From: Antedon mediterranea | Lineage: Eukaryota > Animalia > Echinodermata | Length of the DNA stretch: 64,000 bases | Direction: 5' to 3' | Assembly (NCBI RefSeq): GCF_964355755.1 | Contig: NC_092675.1 | Coordinates: 3,219,812-3,283,811, forward strand | Shown: positions 42,701-56,108 of the stretch, one piece after another | Position numbering within the stretch: position 1 is the first letter of the stretch | How the letters are laid out: each line of letters begins with the position of its first letter | The notes under the pieces: model-generated | The model's database searches: none | What the model saw: the letters and a program-made list of their open reading frames with translations, nothing else | What the model was told of the DNA's origin: nothing | Position numbers and translations under genes: made by a program

Positions 42701-42893
42701 TTATAAGTCTATGTTGTCCAGCAATGAGGTATCATATTTTGCTATGTTACCAAATGAAATAGGTTGTCAACAATTTACAATATACCCTAACCTCCAAGCT
42801 CCCGCATCGCAACAATGTTTATTGATTGACTGTGTATCGTTTCTTACTAATTAAACTTTTAATTTGTAGTAGGACCCATATTAATAATAATAT

Positions 42894-43320
42894 TAGTAAA
42901 GTATCGCGAATATCGACTGGTAAAATTGATTGGGTAAAGGGAATATTGAATAATAATATTGATCGATTAAAAATTGAATATTGATTTTTAAAGGGAATAT
43001 TGAATAATAATGCTGATTGATTAAGAAGGAAATATTGATTGTTAAAGGGAATATTGAATATTAATATTGATTGACTAAAATGATTGATTGATATTGATAA
43101 TATAATTGGTTAAATTTCACCTGATAATACTGATATAAGTACCGGGAATATCGACTGGTAATATTGGATAAATGGAATATGGAATAATAGTATTGATTGA
43201 TTAAAAAGGGAATATTGGTTGTAAAGGGAAAAATTGAATAATAATATTGATTGACTAAAGGGATTGATTTACATTGATAGGTAATATTGGTTAAATTCTG
43301 GCTGATAATACTGATACGCA
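42894..43320. repeat. Degenerate AT-rich compound repeat (AAAGGGAATATTGAATAATAATATTGATTGA subunits, ~238-bp higher-order period)
   Basis: GAATATCGACTGGTAA occurs at ~42908 and ~43146, with many subunit copies in between. Confidence 0.7.
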
Positions 43321-44009
43321 TCCTCTCAGAAAAAAATGTAGGCAACGATAACAAACTATAATATTAATTAGACAGAGATAAATTAATTTGTTTGTCCAAC
43401 AAGAATACCTGAACATGAAGGTATACCTCATGACCTGTGTTACCATAGTATTCAGAAACAACCAGGTTGTATTATTAACGAGCCGAAAGAAGCAAGTAAT
43501 TATATGTATAAATCTTCAAATAAAGTACTTTTTGAACTTCACCGGAACCAAAATATTTATAGTTACAACGTTTGAAGTGGTTTAAATGTGTTTGTTTCTA
43601 AACGGTAGCTAACATTCTTGCCACAAAAAAGCCACACGCTAATGATACACAGTTGTTAGAAAATCAGTTTTACCACTTTGTGATTCAATTGTTTTCTAAA
43701 CTTTTTAAGTAATTACTGGCAACCAAACTGGACGTTTCAAATTTTCTTATTGATGTGTTGGGATATTGGTATGTTTACACTTTGGTTATTTAAACAACCT
43801 ATTCGATAATTTGTAGAAAAGTTTCATCGGATTTCAATCTATATATAAAATTCATTGTGAGTTAAATTCTTACTTGTATTTTGTGTCTCAAATTACAAGT
43901 AAGTATCTATTGTTCTTCGTTTTCTATTTATGTTGTCCAGCAAGAGGACCATATTCTGCCATTATTTCTACTGATAAACATAATTATTTAGTTATAGTAT
44001 CGAATGATT

Positions 44010-44425
44010 AATAGTATTCGGCGTCATCGGTGATAGAAAATAAAGAAAAGCTAAGCTCAGTTAAAAGAAGCGACAAATCTACAAACCTTCAGACTGTTTG
44101 CTGAAAAGATTAACTTAAAGAATATTGGGTGTCGTCAGTGGATATGAAAAATAAAGATGGAAATTGAAAAAAAAAAGAAAAGAAAAGCTAAGCTCAGTTA
44201 AAAGAAGTGACAAATGTGCAAACCGTAAGTAGTATTAAGATAATTATATTAATGTTTGATAAAAAGATTAACTTAAAGAATATTGAGTTCCGTCGGTGGA
44301 TATAACAAATAAAGATGAGAATTGAGACAAAAAAAAGCTAAGCTCGGTTAAAAGAAGCGACAAAATGTGTAAACCTTCAGTATCAGATAATTTACTGTTT
44401 GCTGAAAAGACTAACTTAAAGAATA
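44010..44425. repeat. Degenerate triple repeat (~135-150-bp period)
   Basis: AAAGCTAAGCTC(A/G)GTTAAAAGAAG(C/T)GACAAA at ~44048, 44183 and 44334. AAAAGA(T/C)TAACTTAAAGAATA also occurs three times. Confidence 0.8.
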
Positions 44426-46359
44426 CATCACACAAATTACTTGAATAGGTGAACAATGACGACCATACAATGCAGTTTACCAACTAAGAATAATATTATG
44501 TGTCCTAAAAGGATTTACAATGACCATAATAACTGACAGTGGAACTAAAGTAAGGCACTATTGTGTAATTAGAACCACCAAATAACAATATAATGTTTTA
44601 ATGAGGATAAGAATATCTAAAGCAGTGAATGATTTTCCGTGAAGGCTAACATTAAATGGATTATGATTCGTGCTACATTAAGATGTTCTTAGTCGAATTT
44701 ACTAAATTGATTTCTTAATAATATCCTTATTTACATGTTAAACACAGTCTTTTAAATCTCTTTGTTAATGCTTCTGAATGAAAAAGCGTTTGCTTAATAG
44801 GAATTGATTATGCAAAGTTAATTAATTAGTTTCTACAAACGAAACAATGAGTCTGCCAGTATGTGGTTATACATCTAACGAATACTAAAATCAAAACATA
44901 AAGAAAAATTATAAAAAGTGAGGTAAGCCAGTATAGTTAAATATCTCAAACTTTCTTCAGAAGTTTTTTGACCATTGCAATGCATCGACGTCAATGAATA
45001 ACTTGTTTATAAATTCATAATTACTACTTTCTTTTTAAATTTAAACAATTTTATAAAGATCAATGTATTCTCTAATGGCAAAAATATATTGTATAGTAAA
45101 ATATATCCAATAAAATGAACATTTGAATTTTAATACGGTACTAAAATCAAGTAAATGAGGAATTGTTTACTGCTAAAAGAGATCAAATTTAATCATTTTA
45201 ATTGGAAAGTTAACAAAATATCAGATCCCAGAGTTGTATTATTTGTTTCGTGTTCTTAGAAATCCAAATAAGTAAGTTGCAAGTAAAGTTTTTGTTTGTT
45301 CATCGAATACTTTTTACTTATTTCTTTTTTATTTATAAGATCAACAACATTTAGTTGCAAACATTCTGTGTGTTTGTTCGTTTTAAAAATCAACATGCAA
45401 GTAACTGAAACCCGTAAAGTTTGATTAGTTTGACGCAAATATGCATTGTTGATTTTGGTAACCGAGCAAACTTTTTAACAATAATAAGAATTAGTAATTA
45501 AGTGATTGTTATTGTGGGGTGCTTTATCTGAATAGTACAAATTGTAAGTAAAGGGCATCTCATTGAGGCAGGATTACATTTGACACCAACAAAATCACTC
45601 AATTGTTAGAAGACGTGAACAACCCATCGATAATTCAAAAGGACAACACAGAACCCTTTCAGAAAATTGATTAACAGCATTAAATCGTAACGTACATTAT
45701 TCTAAGAGAACGTGTAGATATAATAATCGTTAGAATCAAGAAAAGAACAACAACAACAATTATGATGGTTTTTACGTAATCCTGTTCCGCGTTGTTAAAC
45801 CTCACCTGCGACGGCTTACAGTAAAATGAACATTCTAAGCGTTCGATAAGAAGACGCGAGATAAGGGTAATTAGTACACCGGCTAGGCTGATGGTTTTTG
45901 CTTTGAATGAAAAAAGATCGAATTAACCACATCTTTAGTTAGGCTAAGTTGATGTTTACTTAGTGAGGTAACGGATGATCAACTGTTTAGCATTTGTTTT
46001 GTATTGCATTTTCGTCAATTTGCAATTTTAAGTCAATGATGAGATTCGGAGTTTTAATTCAATGCAAACTAAAGTTATGAGCCTAAACCTTGCTTTTAGT
46101 GATATAGCAGTACAGTATAAACAATATAATTAGTGCTACACAAGGTGTAAGTTTAGTCATAATTAGGATTAAAATTTATATGTCTATCTCTCCGGACTAA
46201 AACAGCAAGACAGCTCTAGGCCAATGTTCTAGAGTATTGGAAGCATCTCCAGAATAATAGATTTTTTTTTTGTAAACCAGATATATATCTGATTGTGAGG
46301 GCGTTTGTTGTATGAGAGAATGTATCTGGTGGGTGAAAATCTGTGATAATACCATACAT

Positions 46360-46431
46360 GGCTCTGTGGTCTAGTGGTATGATACTCGCCCTGTAAGCGA
46401 GAGGTTGCAGGTTCGAATCCAGCCAGAGACA
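46360..46431 (+). tRNA. tRNA-like sequence: tRNA-Pro-like body, anticodon TGT (Thr); probable pseudo-tRNA or SINE head
   Basis: 72-nt cloverleaf: acceptor GGCTCTG/CAGAGAC (1 mismatch), A-box TGGTCTAGTGG, anticodon stem CTCGC/GCGAG with loop CCTGTAA, T-arm GCAGG-TTCGAAT-CCAGC (1 mismatch). A T6 Pol III terminator follows at 46432-46437. Confidence 0.65.
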
Positions 46432-46539
46432 TTTTTTCATACAACTAAAAAATACGGAACTTTCGCCAATGAGCTATGCTCGACGCGATTATGAGATCAT
46501 GTTCCGAATATGAGCACTGTTTCTATAATTTACAGTATG

Positions 46540-46574
<35 letters not shown>

Positions 46575-49309
46575 TGATACCCACAGCATTGTCATTTTTT
46601 TCAGTAATTTGCCTTTGGATTTATATTATATAGTATTAGGCCTATATATATTATTAAACATCGCTTACTGGCAATTTTTACAGTCCGGCTTTAAAGAATA
46701 GGAAAAAACGTTTTGTCTCAGTTTCTATCAAATTTGTAGGCAAAAACGTATTAATTTGGTTGTTAGAGTACTAAACCATGCAGGCCTATATGAAGCAAAA
46801 ATCATTCAAATATGGAGAAACATTATCAAAATAAATAATATTGTAATATGGATATTGAAATAAAGTTGGTGATTATTAAGGAGGAAAAATCGTTTACGGG
46901 ACTATAAAATTGTTTTTTTCATGAATCTCATAAAAAAAAAGCCAAAATGTTTTGGGAAAATTTTAAAAATGACCGAATGAGAATAGTTTGAAAGTCGTAG
47001 TAGATACTGCAATAACATATCTTACGGTTTCATTTGGTTAAAGCATGTTAGAATTACAACGTTAAATATTTATTAGTTACATAAATCTGGACTACGTTGC
47101 GTTATCCGGCATTTAAGATAAGTTGCCGTGTACACAAAAATGGTAAAACATCGGAAACACACCCGATTCGATATAAATTAGTTATTTCCACAAACACAGC
47201 CTACAATAAAAAAAATGATTTTTTTTTTGACCGTCTATAGATATCGGTAATACATGTATGATTTCTGTATTATATATCGTACAACAATGATGGTAATGTA
47301 ATTATGCTAGTTAATATAATAAATGACAATACAAACAGTTTGACTTACTTAGAAATAGATTATAATAATACTTACAAGGATGATGCAGTCATTAATAAAA
47401 TTGTGTTTTCTAAAATAATAAAATAATTTAATAGTACGTTGCATTATGATACGATGTATATCATTATATATCTAGACTAAGACAACAACATTTCCAATAA
47501 CGATAAACCGCTATCGCCATTACTAATAAAGACACAAACGTTACACTGGTTAATTTGTTGTTGAATGCATTATTCATTTAGTACATGTTATCTGTAACAT
47601 TATTAACTAGCAAACGAACAATGAATTAGTGAGTAGAAAGACAGCAGATTTAATAACACATTACACTGCTAAAGCAACTATGCCTCGTTTAAATCCAAAC
47701 ATTTAACGCGTTCGCTTATCCGTTATCATATCAAAATTTAATTAACATATTTACTAAGTACATGATCACGACGTAATTATTTTATGATAAAATACGATAA
47801 TCCATGTATTTTAATAATATCTATTTTGATTTAATCTTCATGTGATTGCATTAAGTTTACACTGTTAATGTAGCGCTCGACACAAACTACCACATTTACC
47901 TAAAAGAGTTACATTGTTTTGGTACCTTCCCATACAGTTGTTTTAAGTTAAGTTTGCTGATACAAAATTCGAGATTTTTACACTAGGTCTAAAGTTTGCA
48001 CAAGAAAGAAATAAGATGTGTTTTTCTCCTCTTATTGGTATTGATGCATTCAGAACATACAACCACAGTTATATAGATACAAAAGTAAATTTTAGTTTAT
48101 TTACAGAAGTAGATATTATTTTTATTTTGCAATGTTGGATTTACTGTACACGAATAAGTTCAGACTGCAACTTCTTTTTATTTATTACTTTACAATGTGA
48201 AATGATAAATCAAGCAAAATTATCGTATCATCGACTTAGCATTGCCGTGTATCGTGTACGACGTCGGTGCCGCTGCTTAAAGTTGGTCTAACTGGACATT
48301 AGGCCTACGAAACCTTTCAAAAATACTAAAACATCGTGATCTAGAAAAAGTACAAAGCCTATGTTCATATACATCTGTCATGGGTTCACAGTCAAGAAAA
48401 GTGCATTTCTCTATACAATTTAACTTATTTGTTTTTCTTCGTCAACAGAGGGAGTAACGTTATCATAATGTCTCTTGGGAGTGGATTGTAATTTTGTGTT
48501 TTATTGTAAGGATTGATTCTCAGTATCAAATAGAATATATGATCGACAACTGAAATGTATATACGATTAAACATGATTCTATTCATACTCAACGCATTAC
48601 AATTCAGTTGACAGGGGGATGGATTAAGCCAGCGGCGTATTAGGCCGTCGAATAAAATATAACAATTTTAGCAGCATAGTCCTAGTTAGTGTTAGTCGCA
48701 GGTAAATATGTGTTTTGGAAGTTGTCCCACCTGTGTAAATGCCTAGATCAAAGTTTTTGCTTTACTGTGGGTTGATCAAATTCCAGTCTGAAGAGATTTT
48801 GAAACTGGCACAATTGAATCTGCTAAACCCGTTTCAATAACATAATTTGATTGTGAGGTATTGTACACGAATGCTAGTGATACGAAGTGAATTAACCACA
48901 TAAAGGAAACAAAGAAAGCATGTAATCATAGCCGACAGAGTGGCCCTTAGTTAATAAGATAAACTGTTTGTTGATATTGTTCGCGTTCATATTGAAATTA
49001 TCAAATCATTAAATTTTCTGTGTTCAATATTTAAACCAATAGGAATAGAAATGCTTGGGGCTTTAGAAGAATTTAAGATTGAATAAAGGGGTGTAAATCA
49101 ACTAGGCGGTACTACTTGCTAAGCGCGTCAATATTGATATTAGTAGACGTTGTTAAATTAACTAAACCCGAATTTACTTACCCAAGTGCCTTTTGTAAAC
49201 TTTTAGATGACATATTTGTTATATTGATAAACGATGTGACACCTATTTTTAAAGTAATAATAGACAGCTAATTTTAGCTAATGTTTTTCTAAAAGCATTA
49301 ATAAAGAAC

Positions 49310-49346
<37 letters not shown>

Positions 49347-50817
49347 ATTAAAATTAATTAAATAATTTTCAGTGTATCACCGGGCGGTTTGGAATTTATT
49401 TCTATGCCTGTTGTGTTTATATATATATAAATATATATATACCAATTAGAAAATCAAAAACATTATTTTTCATTGTATAATACAACATTGAATTCTTTGA
49501 AATATATATACATGGGTTTCGTTATTTAAATTGCTTGGAGCATGCGTGTGGATTTTTTTTTCAGATTCAATTCAGCTTGAATTGCAAAAATAAACGTACT
49601 GTATTCTACAGACGTGTATATTGTGTAAATGGGGAAAATGTTTGAAGTTTACTGCAGTACTTTAATGTAACCTCGAAGATGGCGCTGTTCTATACAAATT
49701 TAGATTTAATTCTAGAAACCAGAAAAGAGAGTTAATATTATCCTGATAGCGTATCATATTACATCAATCGTTTTTAAAACTAAAAGTTTGGAGATGTACC
49801 GTAATTTTGTTATATAATAAAAAAAGGGTGCCATTTTTTCACATCAATTTGTTATGTATCTTAACATTTTGTATTAATAATAATTATGTATGATAATATA
49901 TAGCGATAACTGAATATTCTTTCAGAATGTATCAATAGTTAAATGACTATTTAATTGTAAATAAAATAATGTTCTCTCATCTGTATTTACTTTACTTTTT
50001 GCGTATATATTTATTACCGATTATAATACTTCTATCATAACAATTTCAAATCATTTTGATTTGTAAAATTGTAAAATTTATAGTATATAATGATGCTAAC
50101 AACGGAATAACAACATAATGATAATTATTAATTTCGTTAAATTAAAAAATACAATATAATATCTATAATTCCTAAAATAATTAAATAATACAATGCTATG
50201 CTACAATCCATACTTTTTAAAATACAATGTTTAACAATGGAATTTATTTATTCTTACAAACAATTACTTTGTCATATTTTCAAGAGGAAATTATAGATTG
50301 AAAAACAACCTTGAGAAAATGAATTCAAACATTATTATGATCATCAGAAATCTGTACAAAATACAAGTACAACTGCCACAAGATTATTAAATCGCCAAAT
50401 TGTTGCGTGATTTGCAGCAGCAATACATAGCTGCTAATCAGCATCGAGCACGCATGTTAAACGCGCGTTAAGATAGGTTGAGTGGGTTATTTTTACGTCA
50501 CCTTTCTAAATATTTTAAGGCTGTTCAGAAAATTATGTTTGAAGTGTGTTGATAAGTATCTTACGATGGAAATTATTTTGAAATCGTTATAACTGATTTG
50601 TTTTCTAGAAAATAAGTCTGAAGTTTTATCGCACGCATTATCAAGCAAAGTAACAATCATTAAAATGTTTCTTTTTACAATAACAATAATGCTTGACACT
50701 ATTAAAAACAATCAATAGCAGAGAATAATCAGAACCAAATATTTTACAATATATAAATATAGCTATATAGTATGTACTACAAGGTGGGGTTACCCAATTT
50801 CATACTGTATGAATACC

Positions 50818-50924
50818 AACAAGGCCATATACATGGCTGCAGTCGCGTGCTCAAGTTAGTGTTTACCGACCAACCGAGCGACCGACATAGTGAGCTGTAG
50901 AGTCTCGTTGCACGCGACTAAAAA
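50818..50924 (-). mobile_element. Helentron-associated interspersed element (HINE/DINE-1-like), non-autonomous
   Basis: Minus strand: TTTTT-AGTCGCGTGC subTIR, (GTCG)n-like microsatellite, GCACGCGACT subTIR, 3' hairpin GCCATGTATATGGC, ending TTGTT. Confidence 0.75.
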
Positions 50925-51095
50925 TGAGTAATTTGTATAATTATATTTATTATCAATATGGTCATAATTAACTTTATAATAATAGTATCGTAATGCATTT
51001 AAAAAATGTTCTCAATATAGACATATAAAGTCAATAAACGTTGTATTATACCTATTGGTGGCGCTATACCAACCCATCGTCGTCATGGGATAAAC

Positions 51096-51145
51096 AACGC
51101 CAGTTGAGAATGAAACCTGATAGGTTTCGAAACGTACTGTAAGTT
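51096..51145 (+). ncRNA. Minimal type I hammerhead ribozyme (U3-A8 core variant), Penelope-like
   Basis: CAG-[TTGAGAA]-T-GAAACC(TGATA)GGTTTC-[GAAA]-CG-[TA]-CTG. It has stem I CAG/CTG, a 6-bp stem II and a palindromic ACGT stem III. Predicted cleavage is after A51136. Confidence 0.75.
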
Positions 51146-53060
51146 CGCTTATATCATTTTTTGGTTGTTCTAAAAGAAATTTAAATTTTATACTATAATA
51201 CTTAAACTTGAAGCTAAACCAAGAAGTTTTTCCTTTTTTTTTTAAATGTATCAGCTCACTTTAATTTTAAATTATGTTTTTTTTTTATGAATTTAAAAGA
51301 TTAAAAAATGATAATGACACATGATAGGCAGGATTAAATTCCGTAGCCTACTTCTTTCCATACCAGGGGCAAATAGATTTAAATAAATAACGAAACAAAC
51401 TTATTTCAGTAACAGCGATGAGATGGATTGGAATTTTATGAGGATTTCTTTTAAATTAATAACAATCAACAGGTGACACTAGCTTTTTATCATTTAAATT
51501 TTATCAAATGTTTGTTTAACCACCCTGGCCTTTGCGCACCCTGCCATCTTCAAAGCTAATCCAATATTAAAATGACAAATCTATCGTGCAAATTTACAAA
51601 ATGCAACCCACCGCATTCTGTGTAACCTGCACAATGAAACCAGTTGGATATACCCGACTACAGGTTTTACCTACGACCCATCTTAGTGACTCGTTAGTTT
51701 TGACATCATATTAAATTAAACAAAATACGATCCACATAAAATATGTCTTAGTGGAGCGGCTTGATGTTTGGGAACTCCCCGAGCATCTTGGCTAAATGTT
51801 ATGGTGGTCTGTTCACGTTCTTCCACAGTGTATTGCACGTTCCGGGAGTCAGTGAATATTTTGTTTCATTTAATTATTATAATAGCCATTTCAATATGTT
51901 TTTATTTGGTTTCATTTTACATTCTATTTTTTATAAGGCTGCAAAAGGTTGCACAGGGGCTTTGTCAACAAGTCATTATAAGCGGTAAGGCAGAGCGCCC
52001 CCTAAGAAGTTTTGCACAGTATGGTAGCTTTTCGGTACCCATCCTCCAGCACATGACAAAATGTCCCCAGGGCTACACAAACAGAACGTGACAAAGTTGT
52101 ATGTGTTATGCATTGATCTCAGTTATAAGGAAATTATTTTATTGAAATTCATGTCAGGGTTACGAAAGTAAATCATGAATTAGACTTTTATTTATTAACA
52201 CTAATTCAATTATGCTTACAAATGTAAACCAATTGATTGGCCGTTAGGCCATTGCAATTTTTGTCCCAAATTAAACTAACGTTGTTCTTTTATATGCTCC
52301 CGCCAAAATTTAAAATATGGTTTTTGTGAAATACGCTATGATATTAAACACGGAAGACTAATATTCCCATCTTTGACTGGAAAAAATCAAACAGTTCATC
52401 TAAAAATGGGTTTAATAAAATAAAATAAATTTATAATTAAATTTATTTAAAAAAAAAAACTGTCTCGTTTAATTGCTTCATTGATTATTTTGACATGTTT
52501 ACTGTTTACAAATGAATCTTTGTTTTATCGTCTGCTGGGTGCTAGATCACGTGGAAAGATGTGACGGTATGACCTCACGCTGGATAGCGCGTTAGTATAA
52601 CATCTGACACCTGACCCTAATGCCAACAGTTCAGCATCGGGATATCCGACTGTTTGCGCCCCGAAGCAATCTTCTTCCACTTACTTCTATCATTTGTTTC
52701 CAATTTCCAAGATTAAAACATGCCAATGTATTTTCGTTGCAAATTTACAAAATAAACATTGTAAAAAATCTACTCAAAGGTAGGCCGATTCAATTTGCTT
52801 TCAAAATTGAATCATATTGACGAAATTCTAGCCCTCTGGCTTCTGGGCATATCCGATCAGATGAGGTGGAACACGACTGAAAGACATAGATTTTGACCGA
52901 TACGACAAACACAAAACAACCCGACGAATCAGTATTCAGTTAAAAAATGACGGGAGCCATAACCATATTACTGTACAGTTTTACTTGCGAATCAGTACTA
53001 TTTCAACAGTATATCATATCGTATATAAAGCCATGTGCAACTAAATCGTTACGGTTTGTG

Positions 53061-53124
53061 AATAATAATAATAATAACAGGATTTTAATAGCGCACATAC
53101 CACTCAAGAGTGCTCAAGGCGCAT
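53061..53124 (-). mobile_element. L2-like LINE/SINE 3' tail (second copy)
   Basis: Same 37-nt core and (TAT)n tail as 11214-11284. Confidence 0.7.
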
Positions 53125-53800
53125 TAAAAAAAAATTAAAAAAAATCATACAAATGCCTGACAAATAAAATGCAATTTCTTTTGTTAAAGTTATTTCATTT
53201 CATACATCTCGTACATATATAATAATTATCTAATTCAAAATAAAGCAAAGACGAAACCTGCTCAATGCTTCTCATTTTAATAATAGTAGCTTGTTTGTCA
53301 GAAAAAACATGTCTTAATTGATCAACTAGGAAGAGCTCACAACTTCATGACAGATTTGATGACGAATCAACCAAAATGGGGAATAATCAATTTAAAGTGT
53401 TTTACCTAATTCTACAAGTCAATGTTTGCCATAGTTTGATCTAGAATGACAATAAAAGCAGGGTGGTCATTCGTCAACAGATACCGCAACTTACGAAAAG
53501 TGAACCCAAGCTATCATCTAAATTCCTAGCCGTGTTTTTACGCAGTGCTAGATGCCGGCTGCCCGGCGAGAAGGCAAAGTGTACCGCTGAGGTGCATGGG
53601 TGGGTATTAGCATCCGGAATTAAGTTGATACTTCTTCCTAAGTGGCCACTGTGCACATTCAGTTGAAGACGATTAGCATGCAGGGAACAGTCAGAAACTA
53701 ATAACATTCTAGAGGGCGGACTTTATAGACTGCAAATTAGCAAGATATGCTGTGTCATTTTATATCACGAAAAATCGATAAATTCAAAACAATAATTTAA

Positions 53801-54325
53801 AGATGTATTGTCCCTTTGACTAATTCCAAAAAAATAAAAAATAACAGATTTCGAAAAAAGGTGGGTCATTTTGAAGTATCATAATAGTTATTAACTATCA
53901 CCAAAAATTTGTCGAAAAAAAAAATCATTTAACTGAAATACAGACGTTTTTTTGTTTAAAAAATAACTCTGACTTCCAGTCAAAGTTTTCGATCAAAACA
54001 TACCCCATAACTCTGTATGCATAATCATAAACTTCCTCATGATCTGTGTGAAAATACCTTTTCTGCCGTGACGAGTTGTAAACAATCCTAATTAGCATAT
54101 GCATAATGCGTACTCGTGGTTTGAAATCTTTGTTTACTTTCGCTCGCGACGATTTTCCAGACGAAATGTAATCAAACTAATTTACCTGTTAATTACGTAA
54201 ACTTGTTGCTTTTGGCTCGAACTTTCAACTTAAAGTGAATAACTGTAATATTACTTTGATATGGCCAATTTAAATTTAGAATATTTTGACCTTCATTTTT
54301 TTGTGTTTCAAGGGACAATACATCT
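53801..54325. mobile_element. Non-autonomous Kolobok-like DNA transposon, 525 bp
   Basis: Perfect 16-bp TIRs AGATGTATTGTCCCTT / AAGGGACAATACATCT. TTAA TSDs at 53797-53800 and 54326-54329. The AG...CT termini fit Kolobok rather than piggyBac. Confidence 0.8.
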
Positions 54326-55533
54326 TTAAACATAGAACATCATCAAAGGGTGGGAACTTTCAATGCAAAAAAACACGTTTTACCAATTAAAATTTTCTAG
54401 GCCTAATAATCTATCACGTACGCTCACACACATACCGAAATGTAGGCCTGAGCATTCTTTTATTCGACCAGAGCTAGTTACCCGCACATCGCTCACACAA
54501 GACAACGAGCCTCAGTAAGAGACTCTAAATCGGCCACATTATTCTACATTAATTCCTAGCCACATTAATTCCTAGCTACATTGTAATTCCAAGGCTGAGA
54601 GGTTGTCTAAAACTCAACCCATTAAGTAACCAGTGGTTTGATTTAAATGAATGACTCCGTTACATACCTTTATAATCCGGACAGTCCATGTCTGGAAGTG
54701 GTAGGAGTTAAAAATATTTCAACCTCATTTGCATATTACACATGGGCACATGGATACTTTCGGGTACCTTGTTTCACGTACCTATTCGTTTTAACAGACT
54801 ATAGAGATATTATAGTGACTATACATACTTTGGTTTTTTCAATACAATTTATTTACTATGTTAGTATTTTTTATTTCGGCAAACCATAACAAATATATAC
54901 ACTGTCACTACTACACTATTCAATTTAACAATATATCTTGTATGTCGGTATATAGCGTAATGCATTACGATAGGGGGTATAAGTTTCAGGCCCGTGTGTA
55001 GAATAATCCTCCAGTAGCAAAAGTGATGATAAGCATGCTTATACTAGCCTATGTTATGTCGAACGATGGGTGCATATTTTGTGGAAAAATGTGTTCTTGT
55101 GTGGAATAAATGAACCCTATTGTAAAAATCTGCTTGAGATTTTAATGTTAGGGCAACACTATCTTAATGCATTACAATCGGATGAATATTCACCACGTAA
55201 ATCATATTTATTCAGGCAATCAAAAGCACATGTTATTTAGTTGGTTGAAATTAGTTCGCTACATGTGTAAATGCACCGAGAGCTACATTGTGTGACGATA
55301 TAGAGGGCGCGCTATGGGTAAAGTTTGATTTTCATGAAATCGGAATTAAATTATGCATTAAAAAGATTAACGTATTCTTCTCAGACGTCTTTTTACGGAA
55401 CAGGAAACCACAATGCACAATCCAAGAGATTCATTAGTACTAACAAATATAAGTGTACATCAGTGACGTTAAAATATTACGGAAAGTGTATCATAAGCAT
55501 ACATAGGATGGTGGTTACGTTGTCATGAACACA

Positions 55534-56108
55534 TTACATAACAGATTTATTAACGGCAGCTAAAGACAGTGTTATAACGGTAATCAATAATTGCACGATA
55601 CCAAATAAAATCATAAAAAATCTATCAAGAATCGTGGCAACTTCCATCCATTCGGTGACTCGCTGTTTTCTTTCAACATCCGCACGAATCAAACCACCAA
55701 TAGAAAAGACACATTTCGTCATGTTCTGTATGTACTTTTCGAACATGCCAAATGAATGTTCATGTTCTGACGACGATCCGAAGCTATCGGTTGACGGCGA
55801 GGTGTTCATGTCTGCTTCTGTGATGAGAACCCCGCCATTGTCATGTTCAAACACAGGATTATCAACCCCTTGGTTGTCTACTTGTTCCTGCTGCTCTGAA
55901 ACTGACGAATGCGAGTTGTCTTTCGTTTGTTTAGATAACTTCGCGACACCATTATCCATGTTCAGTAAATTAGCGAGTTTGACCAGTACAAGTGTGTGCA
56001 GCCATTTTGGAACTTTGGTGCTGCTTCCGTGGTGATGAATACCAAGTATGATTACTGTGGTTGCCGTACAGATGCCAACCAAGATAATGTTTAAAATGAA
56101 ATACTGTC
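55534..56108 (-). CDS. nAChR exon 6 (M3, intracellular loop, M4, stop)
   Basis: Acceptor TTTACAG|GA; encodes GQYFILNIILVGICTATTVIILGIHH...EWMEVATILDRFFMILF...SVM*. Confidence 0.92.

Noticed and set aside
48783-48808. CTGAAGA...GAAA hammerhead-like boxes
   Set aside because: There is no real stem II and no room for stem I/III plus a UH cleavage site.
52879-52900. TGAAAGACAT, matching the 5' end of miR-71
   Set aside because: The remainder diverges and there is no complementary star arm or precursor hairpin.
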